The notes beneath the pieces were generated by a model. It did not search any database. It was not told where the DNA came from and saw nothing but the letters and a program-made list of their open reading frames with translations. From positions 7,192,001 to 7,256,000 of the forward strand of contig CM022670.1 in assembly GCA_012295275.1 (NCBI GenBank): 64,000 nucleotides of DNA, in the 5' to 3' direction. This document shows positions 1 to 14,975 of this stretch, piece by piece. Every line of letters starts with the position of its first letter. The first letter of the stretch is position 1. The translations under genes were made by a program, and so were the position numbers. The DNA comes from Chrysomallon squamiferum (lineage: Eukaryota; Animalia; Mollusca).

Positions 1-583
1 AATCACTTAGTGCATCAAGTACTCACAAACACAGCCCTGTCAGATATCGCTTGTATTACGTCACAGCAGACCAAATATATTAACTGTTCTTTTTTTTATT
101 TCACAACAAAGATATCTAATGTACAAGTCAGTCGCTAACTTCTCTTCAGTCATTCATGTTTACAAATCAGTTATTCACATACACACACAAACACACACCC
201 ATACAGACACTATACGATAGAAAACTCCACAGCAGTGGTTGTTTATGAAAGAATTACGTTTCAGAGTGTTCAAAAAAAAAAAGTTCAATGTAAAATGATA
301 TATAAATAATAATAAAAAAAAATGAACCATTTTAATAATGTTAATGGGTTATTGAAAAAAAAAAAATCAGTGATTTATTACTCCAGGAAACATGACAGTC
401 AAGCAGGTGGTGGGACACACACACATCTCACCTGTTTAATTAGAATTCACCAAAGTAATTCTCATTATCTCACCTAGCGACATGTCACCTTTCTCACATT
501 ATTCAGCCTACCTAAATAACTGCACAGGCTAGCTCACAGCATTTAAATCACCTTACTTTACCCAGTGAACTCCTGCATCGCAT

Positions 584-880
584 CTGAGTAACTCATAATG
601 TCTCACGTTTGTAACTCACAGTATCTCACATGAATAGCTCACAGTGTCTCACATGAGTAACTCACGGTATCTCACATGAGTAACTCACAGTATCTCACAT
701 GAATAACTCACTGTATCTCACATGAGTAACTCACAGTATTTCACATGAATAACTCACAGTATCTCACATGAGTAACTCAGTTTTCATGTAACTCATAATG
801 TCTTACACAAACAACTCATAACATCCTGCTTGGGTAACTCACGGTATCTCATATGAGCAACTCACACCATCTCGCGTTTT
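584..880. repeat. 23-bp minisatellite (GTAACTCACAGTATCTCACATGA)n
   Basis: About 7 clean units at 611-780 with degenerate flanking units. Confidence 0.9.
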
Positions 881-1360
881 CTCACCTGGATATCTAATCA
901 TGTCTCACCTGGACAACTGATAAACTGATGCCCCCATTGAAAATCATTAACAGGTAATCTGTATCATGTTAAGAAGTAGTGTAATATTTTCCTGTGTAAT
1001 ATGAAACCTTGTAATGACTAGGTGAGTAATAGTATTATATTTCCAAACATAAAACAGCTTATTTAAACATTATGGAGACTATTTCACCCATATAACTACA
1101 GTCTGGATTCACTGTAATTATCAGCTTTGTTTGTAAGACTTGAGGATTTGTGAATGACAAGAAAAAAAAAAAAAAGTAGTAAAAAAAAAAAAAAATGGTT
1201 TGAAACATTAAAAAGATTATTAAAAAAAAATGTTTAAATGCTCTGTGACAGGGAAGCAATAAAATCTGTCTGAAAGATAGTCATTATACATTTTTGAAAT
1301 AATTGTTTTGTTGTTAGATGTTTTATTATTATTATATGCACATATAAAAAAAATTAATTA

Positions 1361-1429
<69 letters not shown>

Positions 1430-3534
1430 AATATAATAATAATAATAATAATGAAAAAATAATAAAAATAAATAAATATATAAAAATTTGATTTTACAAA
1501 TGTTTGCAATGTAATATTTTCAATGACAAAGAAGCAATATAAACCACAATTATCAACAGCACAACACTACAAGTTCTTAATCAGTACTATATACCAGTGT
1601 CAGAATGTGATCCTGGAACCTTAGCATCTGGAACCTCAGCAATTTGGAATAAACTGATGAATGAAGAATATAATACGTATGGCACCACCCTGGCCTATGT
1701 AAGTTATTGCACATCAAATAAAATTACATTAACCACCTGTTCTTGCACTTCCAATGAATGTCAGTGGTTATGTACATCTGTCTGTCTGTGTCTGACCACC
1801 CACCAACCTCTTGCTTTACTGGCTTGTATTTTATTTATTTTATCAGTACAGCACTGGAGTTTTAGTATCATATGTTAGCTGTACTTTACATAAAACTTGT
1901 AATAAGGCAGGTTGATTACAAGCTGTTACCAATACATGAATCATAATTGCTATTATAATGTAATATTACTGTTTAGTAGCTTAGGTAGTTGGGCTGATAG
2001 TAGAATAGCAGTAGTAGTAGTAGTACTTGTAGTAATACATGTAGAAGTTGTGATAACAGTAGCAGTTGTAGCAAAAGTAGTAGCAGTAGTAGTACTAGCT
2101 ATGTAATAGTAGATGCAGCCATAAAAAATAATAGTAATAAATATTACCTGCAACAATAGAACAAATAACAACAAGAATATAAAACTAATAGTAATAATAA
2201 TACTAAATATAATATTAATAATAATTATAATAAATATTAATAAATAAATAAATAAATAAAATAATAATAATAATAATAACAACAACAACAATAACAGAAA
2301 CAATAATAATAATAACAATGCATTATTTAAAAGATTATTTCTATAAACCACCTCACTTTAAACCTACAAGACAAACATTAAATACTTACATTAAACACTG
2401 AAATCTTCATTAATTTTCTTCCAGCCAAATCACAGGAAGAAGAAAAAATACAAAACAACTACTTCATCTATTATGCACTAATCATTTAACTGCTGCGGAT
2501 TTGGTTTTAATAATTCAGGTATGTTTCCTGTGCTTAATACACCTGACAGGTAAGGAGAAGTGATTACCTATTGTTGAAACACCAGGTATTTCAGGCATTT
2601 GCCTCAGGTAATTCCTTCTATGGATGGAGCAGTTAAAACAAAGAGAGGTGTACTTTAACAGATTGCCATCTCGGTACAGTTTACAGGTATTTACTGCCTG
2701 ATTTCATCGTTTTAATCCCACTCTCTGATGTTTTAAGCAAGATATAAAAACTCACAATACCTGTATAATGAAAAAGTCACACGGACACAGACACAGACAC
2801 CACATGAATGTACAGACAGTACTCGTAAAATGACATTTGAAGACATCACATAAAAGGTGTGTTAATTGCTTGATAAACAGACAGGTATGGAGGTGATTAC
2901 AGGTGTAAATCTGTGATGTTTATTTTACCTGTAACTAAATCCCAAAACAACCCATCAACAAAACATAAGCGGTTTTTAAATAAGAACAGAAATAACTTTG
3001 TGTAAATTGTATGTTAGTAAGTGAGTTTATTTAACTGAAGAACTGTTTTGTTTTCTTTGTTTTATACTTGAGTGTAATAATTACAGGTGTGGTTATAAGA
3101 ATCTGGTAGGTAAAATAGATATCACATGTTATCAATTTAATGTTAAGAAGTTTGTTTTTTTCTCTTTTTAACCTTTTTAAAAATAAAAATATCTTTTTAG
3201 TTTTATTATTACTACTTTTACCCCTACCACTATCACTATAACTAGTACTACTATACAACACAAACTACTATATAATACTACTGTAAAACTTGTACTATTA
3301 TACTATTAGTATTATTATACTACAGCTAGTATTACTACCACTGCTACTATTACTATTACTATTAATACTACAATAACAACTACCACTACTACTGCTAGTA
3401 TTACTGTTATTACTACTACAGCTATGAGAACTACAATTATTACTAGTACGTACTACCACTACTACTAATACTACTACTGTTAATACTACAACCACTAAAT
3501 CATCAAAACAAACATGTAACTTCTGCTATTACTT

Positions 3535-3592
<58 letters not shown>

Positions 3593-4239
3593 TAATCTAC
3601 ATATTATGTGACAAACCAGTAAAACTATATATATATGTATATTTAATATTTAACAAATAAAGAACAAAAGATACAGGTAAGACATAGTTCATTGTCACAG
3701 GTGAGTGTCTGATACTTAATAATTAATAACTTACTGTATTGATGTCAGGTGAACAAAGACAAGCCGAGCCAGATTAATCTGAAAAACCTGTAAAACATCT
3801 TTGTGTGTAGGGACTCATTATGCACTGATCTCACCACCACAATGGAGGAATTTAACACAATACAACTACAAAGGAAAGATAACTCTATATGGTTAGGAAT
3901 GTGAGTGGCGATGACATATATTGATTGAAAATATGCTTGTAAGTCACACAAAGGGATGACACTACAAAAAAAAAAAAAATAAAAAAATAGAAATGTCATT
4001 ATTCTGAAAGCTGAGGGCATATATATATACATGCTTTGAATATTTGTGTTTGCATGTGAAAAGACAGGGTCAAAAGTGGCCAGAATGGTGAGAGGTTGTA
4101 TTATGCAGTGTTGTAAACCGGATCTGGAATGGTTTTGTGTTTCAGTTATTAATAAAGGTTTTATTCATTGTTCTGAAGATAGAAGGAAGATAAAATAAAT
4201 TCATTTGGCTACAGATATATTTCACAGACACTGATACAC

Positions 4240-4420
<181 letters not shown>

Positions 4421-7400
4421 GACACCTGTACACAGTCACATAAATGATTAATTCACCTGGATGTTGAACAAATAAATTTATTAACACCTGACAGTTTGTT
4501 GACGTAAATTTTAAAATTTTGACATGTAATGAATTTTGCCTCTGTCAGATTTAAAATATTACGCACATTTTCATTAAAATCAAACTTGAAATGAATGATC
4601 ACCAACTTCAGAATTTAAACTATTTTTAGCAATATTTGCTGTAAACAAGCTGGTTATTTATGTATTCTGCTTTGGGTCACTAAGGGCACATAACACAAAC
4701 AAACACACACACATACATGTACACAAGTATACACACACACATGGATAAATATAAATACACATAAATATACACACATATGGACTAACAGATACATCAAGAC
4801 ATTAACTTAAAAACAGGGATTAATGCAGATTAGAAAATGAACACAAATTATAAAGAATGATTTCAAAAATAAAGTTTACAGATATATTTAGGATTCTATT
4901 TATAAAGAAAAACATTGGACATAATTTGATGATTTCATAATACATATAAAAAGATAACACGTGATTATTAAGAAAAGGGTAGGTTGAGGGTTGGTGCAGA
5001 AATAAAATTAAGTACAGCTGAGCAAACATCTCCAGTATTCTGAATAGATTCATCTCCTCCCTAAATAACAAAAAAAAAATATCTTAGTATTAAAACCCTT
5101 CCTTAGACTTGCATAGTACCGAAAATATTTCTTTATACAAGCATATCCCATGAATAATTAATATTGAAAAAGTATAATGCTGTTTACACAAAGCAAGTAT
5201 TATTTGAAAATATATATTGAAGGAAATGGTTATTTTTTTCAGGATTTAAACAAATCCTTGACTGAAAGAAGACTGTTATTTCGTTGAATGTGGACAAAAT
5301 GTAACAAAGGTTGAAATGTGAACATCCGCTGACAAGAAAAACACTTTAACAACAAAGAAAGATATCAGCATGATGAAAACAACTCAGTTAAAAAAAACAG
5401 CCCCTTGACCATCAGAAAACACAAAAGAAAACCAGCAGAGATCCGGGACTTTGGAGTCTCAAAACACCCTTTTGTACATTATCATCACAGGCAGACTATA
5501 AAACACAATTCCTGTAAAGGAATTATAAATTACATGTTATGAATTTTTCTGCATTAATGACTTGCGGTATGGAGGTGTTTTTGAGTAATGGAATCTGCTG
5601 ATTCAGCAAAACTGGGGATATCTTGAGACAATCCTAGATCAACTCTAGTATCGTCTTATCTTCAAAACCTTATCACTGCCAGAAGTGTTCAAAATGATCT
5701 CATTTTCATAAATTTCCACTTAAAACAGGCAGAAAGCAATTTCAGCAGCACACTGTGGAATGTATAAAACAAATAAATGATATCCACCCTTCCAGTCAAG
5801 GACATGGCTATTGAAAAACATGCTTCACTCTGTAATCTTATAGTAAAATCATTCCTTCACAATGACATTCAATCACCTTGTTTGTTTCTCTCTAACAAAA
5901 GCAGTGAAGTTGTTTTTCATCTTCTTCTTGTTATGTTCTTTTTTTTTTTTTGTCAAACAAACGTGTTAAAGACTTCTCATGAAAAACAAGTTACTTGATG
6001 TTTTTGTTACCTGAATCAGTGACTTGAGGATCTTTCTGTATCAACACTCACTCACTCACTCTCTTGAAGTGAGTTCTGTTGTTTTAGATGGTACAAAAAA
6101 AAAAATCATATGTCAAATTTAATACATTATTTCACAAACTGTTTTTGAAAATTGTCAATATGTCCACTAACATGGATTGATCCTGTAACCTATCACATCT
6201 CAGGCAAGCTATAGAATATTTTGAAATTGTTAACCTAGGATACAGTAAAGATTCCAGTCTGTTAGTTGTTTTTGTTTTGTTTTGTTGTTTACATTAATGT
6301 ACAAGACATAATGAATAAACAACAACAACAAAAAAACATGGCAGACACCTTGAATCAAGGACATGCGTCATTTTATTGCTGTATTATCAAAGGTTTGTGC
6401 CCCCTCAAAACATTAACCAATCACTTTATTTCAGTTATGAGTTCAGTGATTACAGTTTAAGCTATTATTAATCTAGAGATAAACCCTGCATGTTATTTCC
6501 TATTCCAAAAGTGCTCCAAGAACAGCTTTGAAAGACCACGGTGTATGCTATTCTGTCTAAAGAAGTGTATTTACAAAATGCTTGCAGTTACTTTATTGTG
6601 AATAGTTTAAGAAATGGGTGGCTTCTTCTTTCATTTGTGACTACTATACAAAAAACATACAACCAAACACACAGTAAACAGTTAACATTCGAAAATGTTG
6701 AGGCATTTGTTAAACATTTACTTGTTATCCACCGTATTGTTGTCTGATCAGAACTCACAACACTGTACGCCAGTTTCTTCTACAGCACTGACCAGTGACC
6801 ACTGACCATTATTTATATTTAATTTATGACTTTATTTACCAGTTTTCTTTCATTGCAACACATTTTTGTCAGGTTTTGAAAAAAATGTCACGCTACAACC
6901 TTTGCCTGCTTTGTTACAACTTGTAACAGCACAGAGTGTGAAAAGTTTCAGTCGGATACGAAAACATCTACCATTACAAACACAATTCTCTTTAATAAAT
7001 TTACACAGAGCAGGTCACACTGGGACCAAACACACACACGTACCAACAGCAATGTGATCCTCCAGCAGTTTACTTTGCTTCTTTATTACAATTATACATG
7101 GCAGACTATACAGAGGTATTTCATGTCAGTATACAAAACTAAAAAAAAAAAAAAAAATAATAATGAGACTGATATAATTCTGTCGTTGGAATACTTTTAG
7201 TTCATTTTTTAAATATTTTTTTTTATTAAATTTGTTTTCATGGGCTGTTTTATGGATGGCAGTGTCATGTTGTGAGTTCATGTAGACATTATTATTTAAA
7301 TAGCTATTGATTAAATTCTTGCACACTGAAGGAATCCTATTATTATTTACATAATTACTGATTTAATTCACAGTAGCAAATGCCAGGGAGTTATTTCCAC

Positions 7401-8884
7401 ACTAAATAAATTACAGTGTAATATACAAAGTGGCATATTTTAATACTAGCACTTAGCTGATGTCAAAATATTTTTATTTTTTATTTTTTTATTGTTATTA
7501 TTTTTTTAAATACATATAATTATGATATCAGAAAGAAAACTCTGTACTTTTATAAATTATTAGTAACTAGGAATCTTTTACATACATATTAACATACAGG
7601 AAAGGATGCTCCAAAGCCTTGTTAAATCAGTCTCTGGTTAGAACACAGTCCAGTGTACACCCTAACGAGAATTGGTCCAGTGACCATGCATACCTCACAC
7701 CAGTCTTCTAACCACTGAGCTATAGTAAACTTTTCAACAGTTGTTGACTTGATAAATATGGTGAAATCTTTGGTTAACTGTTCTTCACTTTTTTACTAAA
7801 TGTGGTGGGGCTTGGGGTGTGGGTGGGGGTTATTTTGTTCTCAACAACAAGGAAGGAACCTGATCACTCTGCCATTTATTCTTTATTTATTGACATAACA
7901 GGAATTTTTTTATTTTTTTACTTCTTTAGTTTCTTCTTTTTTTCTTTTGCTTTCATTTATTTTTATTTATTTTTTATTTTATTTTTTTATTATTGGCATT
8001 TTGTTTTTCTGATTTTTTATTATTATTTATTAATTACCTTTTTAATACTGCATGCTGGTAACTTACAGAGAAATTGCATTACTCACACATAAAGTGTGTA
8101 AAGGGAGATTATTGATTATGACTGTGATAATAATCAACATGGCTGCCAACACAATTTGTTCACATTGAACACACTATTGAAATTAAACACCAAGATGCCA
8201 GTCAGCAAGACTGTCTATAGATTTATTTATTTATTTTTTAAATTTTATTTCTCTTTGGTTTTTTCTCCTTTTCTTTTTTTTTTTTTTTTCCCCTTTTAAT
8301 CATCATTTATTTATTTATTTATTTATTTATTTATTTGTCTTTATTTATAATTTTTTTTTTTTTTTTTTATAATTGTTGCTTTTTTGTTCTTTATATTTAT
8401 TTTTATCTTTAATTTTTTGTGCCTATTTTAAGAATCATTTTATTTCCCCATTTATTTATTTTTTAGTATCTTCCATAGGAAATAAGAATATTTTATCCTT
8501 TCACTGACTGCATACACCAACATAACATCATAGCAACCAACCAGAAACCTAAAACATACACAGCAACTGCATTTTAAAAAATTAAAAAAAAGAAGATTTT
8601 TTATTATTCCAATAAAAGATTTATCAATAAAACAAATTTCGTTACAAAAAAAAAAAAAAAAAAAATCAAAAAAAAAAATCAAATACCTGAACTAAACAAT
8701 ATTTTAGTTATGTTAGGTGCAGCCATGGCAACAACATGTAACTACAGGTATTCTCTTTAAGAGGTATTAAGGTGTGATCGTTTAGGTGAGTCTAATGTTT
8801 AACAGAGAGGTATCTACCTGGTATTAAAACTATGAAAATTAACATTGTGACATTTATTACCATTCAGTGATGTATGACACTGGA

Positions 8885-9100
8885 TTTTAGCCTAATGATA
8901 AAACACTAACTTCACGCATGGATGACCACAGAATTAAACCCCAGCAGTCAAACTGCAACCGATTGATACTCTTTTCCCATAGTAAGAAGCAGTGATCAGA
9001 AAATGTCATAGAAAAAGTGCGTGGTATGTGCTGTTCTGTCTGTATCAAGACATACTTAAAACATCATTTGCTTGAAAGTTCCAATAACAATAGCACATGG
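8885..9100 (+). mobile_element. Decayed SINE copy (core resembling mollusc MetaSINE-type elements)
   Basis: GGTATGTGCTGTTCTGTCTGTAT at 9023-9045. A 21-bp stretch matches the reverse complement at 41517-41537 exactly, and 50109-50129 nearly. Family name from memory; boundaries approximate. Confidence 0.55.
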
Positions 9101-9771
9101 ATGTTAAAATAATACGAAGGAAAACAAAAAAGTGGGTCACACCTCAGATCGTTATGTCTGGTGACTTCAGGGCTTGTTTGCGATATTATGGCACAATTAG
9201 ATATTTTGATTTGGTATTTCGAATAAATCTTTTTTTTATGTTTTGCAGATGTTTTACATATAACCTGAGAAAACTGTGCTTTGCACAGACATTTTGTACT
9301 GCATTGATAAGGGTGCATATCACACAGGCAACTGGGTTGATACTGTTATAGCTGTAACTAAAATAACAACAGATGTAAGATTTTCATTTGGAAGCATATA
9401 AAAGTTTGAAGTAAATTCAGGTATCATTCAGGTAAAACTGACAGGTATATTTTATTTTAATTTTGTTTTTTTTTAAATTAATTAGATTTTAACATTTTAC
9501 TGATAAGTACATTTTAAAATATTTTTTTTTACAAAACACACACACACAGATTTTTATATATATGTAGTAATAATAATAGTAATAATAACAACACTAGTAA
9601 TAATAGTAATAATGATAATGATAGTAACAACAACAACAAAAAACCATCCACAAATACCTTTGCATATTTAATATTTTTAAATTAAAAAAAATATATATAT
9701 ATATATACAAGTATAACACTGAAAATAAAATTAAAAGGAATTATAAAACAGAAGGTTTGAAAAGTACTCAC

Positions 9772-9881
9772 TCTGCAATGGCACGCTGTGATAAGTCCTC
9801 AAGGTCAGCGGGGTCAAACAAGTGTGCGTCTGTTAATCCGAAATGACTTCGACAAGAGTTGAGGAAAACATTTAAATTATC
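9772..9881 (-). CDS. LMO7: LMO7/LIMCH1-family gene, coding exon 4 (CH domain)
   Basis: ttctttctcttcatttcag| DNLNVFLNSCRSHFGLTDAHLFDPADLEDLSQRAIA+GA |GTGAGT. Continues AGL-DN..VFL..C...GL....LF.P.DL.DLS.R of the family. The next exon was not found in the window. Confidence 0.92.
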
Positions 9882-11007
9882 CTGAAATGAAGAGAAAGAA
9901 AGTTAACAGACAAGCAGCTCGTACAGACTTGACAGTTACAGGTATTGCAATACATAAACTCACTAATAAAATTGATTAATACAGGTAAAAAAAAAATTGA
10001 TTAACAACACCTGAGAATGTTTTTCCACAGATAAAAGATTCTTGTTTTATTTATTTATTAGTTCTTTCCTTTTTTTCTTTTCTTTTTTTTTTTTTTTGCT
10101 TGGGAAGGTTTTTATGAAAATCTTTTTTTATTTCAAAGATTTTATTATTTTCACAGGTTAAACAATTTGAAATTGTGAAATATTAATTTCAGAAAAATTC
10201 CTTTTTGAAAACCAACATTAAACTCAGAATTTTATGTTTAACTTGATACAATTCTCAAAACTATAAATCAACTTTTAAGAAATTAATGATAAATAAAATT
10301 CAAAAAAATTGTAAAAGCTGTATCTATTTATTTTCAAACTGTAACTTTATTTAAACAAAACATAAAGGAAAGAAAAGAAAAGAAATATTTTGAGGTGAGC
10401 ACTATCCAGTAAGGAATTTACAACAAAGCAGAATACATATGGCATACCTTATTTTAAACAGGCAATATTTATACATATTTTTCTATCACTGTATGTAAAC
10501 ATGTAGTTCCTTGCACTGATTTAATCCTGTTCTGAACAAAAAACTTTGGTATTATAATCCTTGGGGGTCAAGAGGTGAGAGGAAACCTGCCTTAGTGTGT
10601 TCTGACCTAATTCCATTGTTTCTAAGAGACCAAGTTAATTTCCCCCACATTACACTGGTATGTGTACAAAGTGAGAGTAGTTCCCACAACCCTCTGTTTA
10701 AATGTCAGCAGCATGTTCTCAGTAAATGTAAGAATAATATTCAGGATAAATTAAGACCACAAAACACTTGTATATAAAAGCATAGTGAAAATCACAAAAG
10801 TATCTGACATACAAATACATAAGTATATATTCTCTATAATGCAGTTTGATTACATGAAAATCATATGAGAATGAATATAAACAGTTAATTTAAGGATTGT
10901 TTTTATGTATTTGAGATTTCATCGGTTGGCTAGAATGTCCACCATTTTCAGAGGTGACTGTATGGTTTGTATAAAAGTGAATACTGTGTATAATGAATTT
11001 CTACTTA

Positions 11008-11066
<59 letters not shown>

Positions 11067-11139
11067 TAATTTTAAAATACATCTTCCACAATACAAGGAA
11101 TAATTCCTACTGAAAAAAGAAGAAATCAGTGACTAAGAG

Positions 11140-11264
11140 TATGTTCAAGTCTGTGTGTGACACCCAGTGGCTACCACGTGGAGTTAAAACAGAATATGCA
11201 GTTTGGCGAATCTCCTGAAGATGGCTGCTATAGACAGGTGCCTGTTAAAGCAGGTTTGACTGTA
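11140..11264. mobile_element. Possible decayed Tc1/mariner-pogo-type MITE remnant
   Basis: Right end 'gctatagacaggtg...caggtttgactgTA' looks like a TA-CAGTCAAACCTG-type TIR. The left end is badly degenerate. Confidence 0.3.
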
Positions 11265-12761
11265 GATATTATTTTTGTTATGTCATGATGTGCCATACAC
11301 CGCATTTAACAGCGTGGGTTATGTTTGTAAACACACGACAAACAAAAGTGGTCAAAGCACATGTAACGTGATACTGCTGTAATTATGTCTAACACCGGTT
11401 TAATGAACTTTTAGCATGCTAGAAAAATTCCTTTTTAAATGTGTGTCTGTGCTGTAAATTACTGTTTTCAAAGCTCCTGGCCCACACCTCACTGTTATAA
11501 ATTACCATAATGGGCTTTTTTTTTTGTAAAACGCAATGCATGCTCTGTGTTATAAATTACTATAACAGGAATATTGTTTTGTACATCCTTTCACAGAAAC
11601 ACATTCCACTTAAAGCAGTTGTAACACATTTCTCTGATTTATAATGTGTTGTAATGGAAATCTCGTTCTTGTCTGGAGTTTACACAATTTAGAAAAACAA
11701 ATTACGGTAAACAGATATCCATTCGTACCTAAATGTAATTAAGTAGATGTTTTCAGAAAACAAATAAAAAGAAAAAAGAAAAATGAAAAAAAATGAAAAA
11801 ACATTCTTAAAAAAAAAATATATATATTTGGATTGTTTAAATATAAAAAAATAAATAAAATAACACCAAATTCATAAAAAAAAAACCCCAAAAACCGTGG
11901 TCTAAAAATAAAATATTTTTACTCAGGAATAATTTAGAAAATATTTTCAGTTTGAGAAGCTTGTTATACAGACTTTGACAGTGAGAAAGACACACTCCCA
12001 TCACCATAATTCTTCAGTATGTGAAACCCAAAAAATAACATCTATGCATTTTCTAAAACAGTTTGTACCTAAAATATTTTGAACCTTTTGAAAATACGTC
12101 ACAGGAAGAGTTGTACAGTAGAAAATCAAAAAGTGCACAGTGATCTCCACGACTCTGCCAGAAATGATTGGCTGTGTTTTAACAGAGCCCAGAAATAACG
12201 GGACACGCAGAGATGTGAAGTTTGTCAGAGACTGCGGAAACCACTGATCTGCTTGTTGGCTCATTTTCTACTTCCAAATCCTTGCCATCCTGGTTGCAAA
12301 CACCTGAAACTGTGACACACCTTCATCTCACAGATCTCACCTCAGTTAGTCTCACTCAGTGCTTTTACTCAGTGCTTGCTTACTGTATACTTACTGTTTG
12401 TTTAATATACACACAATGTATACAGTGCTTACTCAGTGTGCACTGTGTATAGTCACTGCATACTGACTGTTTACTTAATGTATGTATGTGCTCAGTTTTT
12501 ACTGTTTACTCAATGAAAGTATATATATATATTCTTTGTTCCTCTGTGTATGCTCAGTTGACTTAATAAATAATGTTTACTCAATACATAGTGTCTACTT
12601 AATGTGAACTCAGAAAGAAGTCAAATAATTAAACAGATAAAACAAAATAAATGTAAAAAAATAAATACACACTCACACACACACACACACAAATATATAC
12701 AGGTTTTGTTTCTCAAACTTTACTTTACAAAACTAGCTATTCAGTCATTCTGTTGTAGACA

Positions 12762-12972
12762 TTGTTAAGAAAGTAAGTAAACGTACAAACTTCATAAACA
12801 TAAACAAAAACCAAAAACTGAAATTTTTACTTTGTTAAGAAAGTAAGTAAATATACAAACTTCATAAACATAAACGAAAACCAAAACTGAAATTTTTACT
12901 TTGTTAAGAAAGTAAGTAAATGTACAAACTTCATAAACATAAACAAAAACTAAAACTATATGAAATTTTTAC
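12762..12972. repeat. About 70-bp tandem repeat, 3 copies
   Basis: Unit ttgttaagaaagtaagtaaa.gtacaaacttcataaacataaac...gaaatttttac. Confidence 0.9.
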
Positions 12973-13669
12973 CTTTACAGAAATGAACAGGTATCCAGCC
13001 AGTGCATTACGTGTTTTTTAACTAAACAAAAAAGTAAACAGGTTTGACCCAGTGCTACCGTGTGAGATACAGTAGTTTATGTCATATCCTGGCGTACAAT
13101 AGAAGGCACACTGGAGTTTTATCACAGCTCAGATCTGTTATATACGCTGTAACTCCATTCACTGTGACGAGCAGAGACAGGTTCAGATTTGCAGACACAG
13201 TTTCAGATGAAAAATTGGTTTTAAAACATTACTACAAATATAAGTTACAGAGATTTGTAGCAATTTTTTTTTTTATTTATAAAAAGAGTTTAGTATGATT
13301 ATGTAAGTTTATTCAAATTAAACACTTAAAATGGATGACATTTGATTACAGATCCTGGTATCATTCAAATAAAGTGTTAAATAAGTGAAAGAAACATATA
13401 CTGAAATTATGTATGTTACATGTATATTAAAAAGTTTATGTAAATTTATTCATGTAATGCAGTGAATTTTAACCACATTCTTAAAGTAATGATTATTAAT
13501 GTAACTTTAAAAAAAAATTAATTCAATTTTCATAATGTAGCTAGATTTAACACACCTCCTACGTGTAATATAATCTTTTTCTTTCTTAGTTTTTCCTCTT
13601 TTTTGTTTAAGACAAAAATCCCCCACCCAAATATTATCATGCATTTAAGCCTGATAATGTTAATTATAT

Positions 13670-13701
<32 letters not shown>

Positions 13702-14437
13702 ATAGATATATATTGTAACAAAACAGTTATATAAAAAGGTTTACATATTGTATTACACTGTATAACAATACTCCTTTTTCAAAAGTTTAAAAAAAAAAAT
13801 ACATTAAAGTTATTTGTTATATATAAATAAAGTGCCTTTTAAGAAAAAAAAAAAAAATAAAAGAATTGTGCAAAATTTTTGTTTTTATCTACCTGATAAT
13901 AATATTCATTTAACAAATAAAATTAAAAAAATAATAAATATTGCTTTCATTCAAGTTATGCAGATAATTTTGGACATACCAAACATTCCTTCTGTAATGA
14001 ATATTCTATCTGTGTTTGTATTAAGTACTAAATATCAATGTTTTAAAAATCTAACCAGTAAAGATAATAAAAAAATAAAAAATAACCAGGTGTTAGCCAG
14101 ATATTTTTAAAAGTGTTTGTAGCAAAAGTATTTGAAAAAGTATCTATAACCAAGGTGTTTTAAAAAATATCTGTAAGAAAGGTAGTTTAAAGGTATGTGT
14201 AACCAAAATTTAACCTAAATGCTAACAAAAATTATATGTGACTGTTTTACACTCGTAACCATGTGTCAATTGAAGTATTTTAAGTTTGGGTTTTGGGTTT
14301 GTATTTTTTTAAATTCTGCTTGTTTTAAGGGTGACTGTACCCAAGATATTGTAAAAGTGTGTGTAATGAGGCACCAATCAAGGTGATTCAAAAGTGGATG
14401 TTTCAGCCAAAGTGATAAAAAAAAAACATCTCTAAAT

Positions 14438-14975
14438 GTGTGTTTTAAATGTGTGTGTAACCAGGCTACAACTGTGGTGTTAAAAAAGTGTATCAAGATG
14501 TTTTAAAAACATTTGTAACTGTATGTTTCAAAGTAACCACTTGGTAACTGTGTGTTTCAAAGTAACCACTTGGTAACTGTGTGTTTCAAAGTAACCACTC
14601 AGTAACTATCTTAAAGTAACTGTGTGTTTTAAAGTAACCACTTGGTAACTGTGTTTTAAATGTGTGTGTAACCAGGCTACAACTGTGGTGTTAAAAAAGT
14701 ATATCAAGATGTTTTAAAAACATTTGTAACTGTATGTTTTAAAAAGATTTGTAACTGTATGTTTCAAAGTAACCACTTAGTAACTGTGTGTTTCAAAGTA
14801 ACCACTTGGTAACTGTGTGTTTCAAAGTAACCACTTGGTAACTGTGTGTTTCAAAGTAACCACTTAGTAACTGTGTGTTTCAAAGTAACCACTTAGTAAC
14901 TGTGTGTTTCAAAGTAACCACTCAGTAACTATCTTAAAGTAACTGTGTGTTTTAAAGTAACCACTTGGTAACTGT
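14438..14975. repeat. 29-bp minisatellite (AAAGTAACCACTTGGTAACTGTGTGTTTC)n within a two-copy higher-order duplication
   Basis: Monomers are visible directly. The leader 'aaatgtgtgtgtaaccaggctacaactgtggtgttaaaaaag' occurs twice (about 14447 and 14658). Confidence 0.9.

Noticed and set aside
3745-3850. 'IWLG' peptide as the next LMO7 exon
   Set aside because: Followed shortly by a stop and lacks the preceding RR.KNV.IT.Y motif of the family.
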